64,000 bases of DNA, from the IMG/VR virus record IMGVR_UViG_3300028178_000001, positions 1 through 64,000 of that record; one strand, 5' to 3'. The notes beneath the pieces were generated by a model. It was not told the DNA's origin and ran no database searches. It was given only the letters and a program-made list of their open reading frames with translations. Below, one piece after another: positions 62,516 to 64,000 of the stretch. Positions within the stretch are counted from its first letter, which is position 1, and each line of letters starts with the position of its first letter. Made by a program: the position numbers and the translations under genes. The DNA comes from a virus.

Positions 62516-62604
62516 GTGAATAAAAGATTTTATAAGTTAATACATAAGAATAAATGTAAATTAACAGAACAAATAACAATAACTTAACACAAGGAGTTAG
62601 AACA

Positions 62605-63069
62605 ATGGTACAATTCCCATTACTCACAAACGCTGAGGTTCAGGCAAAAGACTTTATGAACCAGGGAGATATTACGAAAGCATTAGACCTTTTGCAGAAT
62701 CTTCCGTATGTAAACGTTTCATCCGCATTGGCAGCAGGCGCAACGGGTGTAACGGTAAACGAACACATCTTTGTAGCGCCATGCAAAATGGAAGTTTTGC
62801 AGGCAAAGTTCATTACAACCGCAGTTAACACGGGTTCGGGCAACGAGCCGGTAGTAAAATTGATGGCCGGGACTGATGAAGTTGGAGCCAGCGGCGCAGT
62901 TGTGGTAGCAGGCGCGGCGATCGGTGATGTTGCAAGCTTAACACTCGACAGCGCCAAGGTTGTAGTAGCGTCCGGAGGAAAACTTATTCTTAGAATAGTT
63001 AACCCCGGAGGAACAATAACCACACCGTTAACCGGAAAACTTCAGTTCATTTGGAAACCAACTGTTTAG
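62605..63069 (+). CDS. Putative head decoration / structural protein
   Basis: Ala/Gly/Val-rich beta protein with strong AAGGAG RBS and terminator. Confidence 0.45.
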   Translation: MVQFPLLTNAEVQAKDFMNQGDITKALDLLQNLPYVNVSSALAAGATGVTVNEHIFVAPCKMEVLQAKFITTAVNTGSGNEPVVKLMAGTDEVGASGAVVVAGAAIGDVASLTLDSAKVVVASGGKLILRIVNPGGTITTPLTGKLQFIWKPTV

Positions 63070-63084
63070 TTGGTGGTTATTAGT

Positions 63085-63152
63085 AGTCAGTTATCAGTTA
63101 TCAGTTGATAGAAGAAATTTTATCAATAATTGATGACTGACTTCTTTTTTTT
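63085..63152 (+). terminator. Rho-independent terminator
   Basis: AGTCAGTTATCAGTTA...TAATTGATGACTGACT hairpin followed by a T-run. Confidence 0.7.
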
Positions 63153-63180
63153 AATTACGAATTAGGAATTAGGAATTAGG
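63153..63180 (+). repeat. AATTACG + (AATTAGG)x3 heptamer tandem
   Basis: Between the terminator and ATG 63192. Confidence 0.9.
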
Positions 63181-63496
63181 AGATTGAGGTTATGTTAATA
63201 TTTTACACAGAGAGAGAAGGAGGGAACTGGATACCGTTGAGGGTAAAAACTACACGGGGCAAATTATTGAAGCGGTTGAAAAAATTTGCATTTAAGAAAT
63301 TAGCAGAGATTATAATTGAAGGGGAAAAGTTTCTTATGGCTAGTGTGTTGTTCCCAAACGATTTGGTTTACTGCCCTATTCTTAACCAAACAGATAGAAT
63401 TAAATCAAAAGGGAAAACTTGGTTTTTTAAAAGTGGTAAACTCACCAAAGTAACTACGAATTATCATAAATGGTTGAAAGGACAATTAGGGATTAA

Positions 63497-64000
63497 ATGA
63501 GCGGCAGGATAGGACAGTGCGATAGTTTGGAGTTTATGAAAAAGCAAGAAGATTTTTCTGCTGATATTATCTATTGTGATCCGCCGTATGCGTTGGGGAG
63601 TGAAGTTATTATACGCAAAGACGGGAAACCGGATTATAAAAAAGCCGTAGATTTTATGAATAAATGGGATATGCCAAACGGCGATTATTGGGAGGCTTGG
63701 TTTAAGGAAGCATTTAGAGTATTAAAGTACGGCGGGCGTGTAATAATGTTTGGAATGGACCGCCAATTAATGCTGAATAAATATTATGCTTGTTACGCCG
63801 GATTTGAGGAACAGCAAAGTTTGTATTGGTATTTTATTTCGAACTTTCCGAAAGCTACTGATTTAAGCAAAATGATTGACCGAAACGCAGGAGCGGGAAG
63901 GGAAGTTGTTGGAATAACTTCTATCCCAAATGGGAAAGAAAGTGCATACCAAGGTGAACGATATAAAGAAAAAAGGGAAACTGCTTTTGGGGTTATTCAA
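63497..64000 (+). CDS. N6A/N4C DNA methyltransferase (partial, runs off window)
   Basis: MSGRIGQCDSLEFMKK...IYCDPPYALG...FRVLKYGG; ATGA overlap with the upstream gene. Confidence 0.85.
   Translation, partial: MSGRIGQCDSLEFMKKQEDFSADIIYCDPPYALGSEVIIRKDGKPDYKKAVDFMNKWDMPNGDYWEAWFKEAFRVLKYGGRVIMFGMDRQLMLNKYYACYAGFEEQQSLYWYFISNFPKATDLSKMIDRNAGAGREVVGITSIPNGKESAYQGERYKEKRETAFGVIQ

Larger units (their letters stand above)
1..64000. mobile_element. Temperate contractile-tailed (myovirus-like) phage genome segment spanning attP
   Basis: Baseplate J/gp25-like genes, integrase with tRNA-derived att core, CI-like repressor, terminase, portal and MuF; no housekeeping genes on either side of att. Confidence 0.93.

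Noticed and set aside
1-64000. Stop-codon reassignment
   Set aside because: Genes tile densely under code 11, and TAA, TAG and TGA all end recognisable proteins.

Overview
The whole window reads as one temperate tailed phage (AT-rich, standard genetic code, mostly + strand), with no host genes. From left to right it holds contractile-tail and baseplate genes with a DGR-type receptor-binding gene plus avd (1-16070), then an intact attP: the 3' half of a tRNA-Val(GAC) flanked by arm-type repeats (16071-16336). Next comes a minus-strand lysogeny operon (tyrosine integrase, a large-serine-recombinase homolog lacking its catalytic domain, two membrane/exported proteins and a CI-like repressor). 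A long + strand early/middle region follows (ParB-like proteins, SbcD/SbcC, SF2 helicase, two HNH nucleases, replication initiator, SSB). The right end holds terminase, DNA methyltransferases, portal, MuF and a giant polyvalent protein. Phage genes on both sides of the att core indicate an excised or circular form. Capsid, sheath and most of the tape measure lie outside the window. The most unusual items are: (1) a miniature integron (two attC sites, one complete gene cassette and a C-terminal IntI fragment) between sbcD and the helicase; (2) a DGR target plus avd with no template repeat or reverse transcriptase in the window; (3) a serine-recombinase body without a catalytic domain coupled to the tyrosine integrase; (4) a 33-bp direct repeat giving two tail genes identical starts; (5) dispersed AATTAGG stop/RBS heptamer arrays; (6) two C4-like antisense RNA leaders; (7) a recurrent GTTAAYACAT intergenic motif; (8) strong CCGG enrichment. 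All protein calls come from motifs and gene context read by eye; no database search was run.
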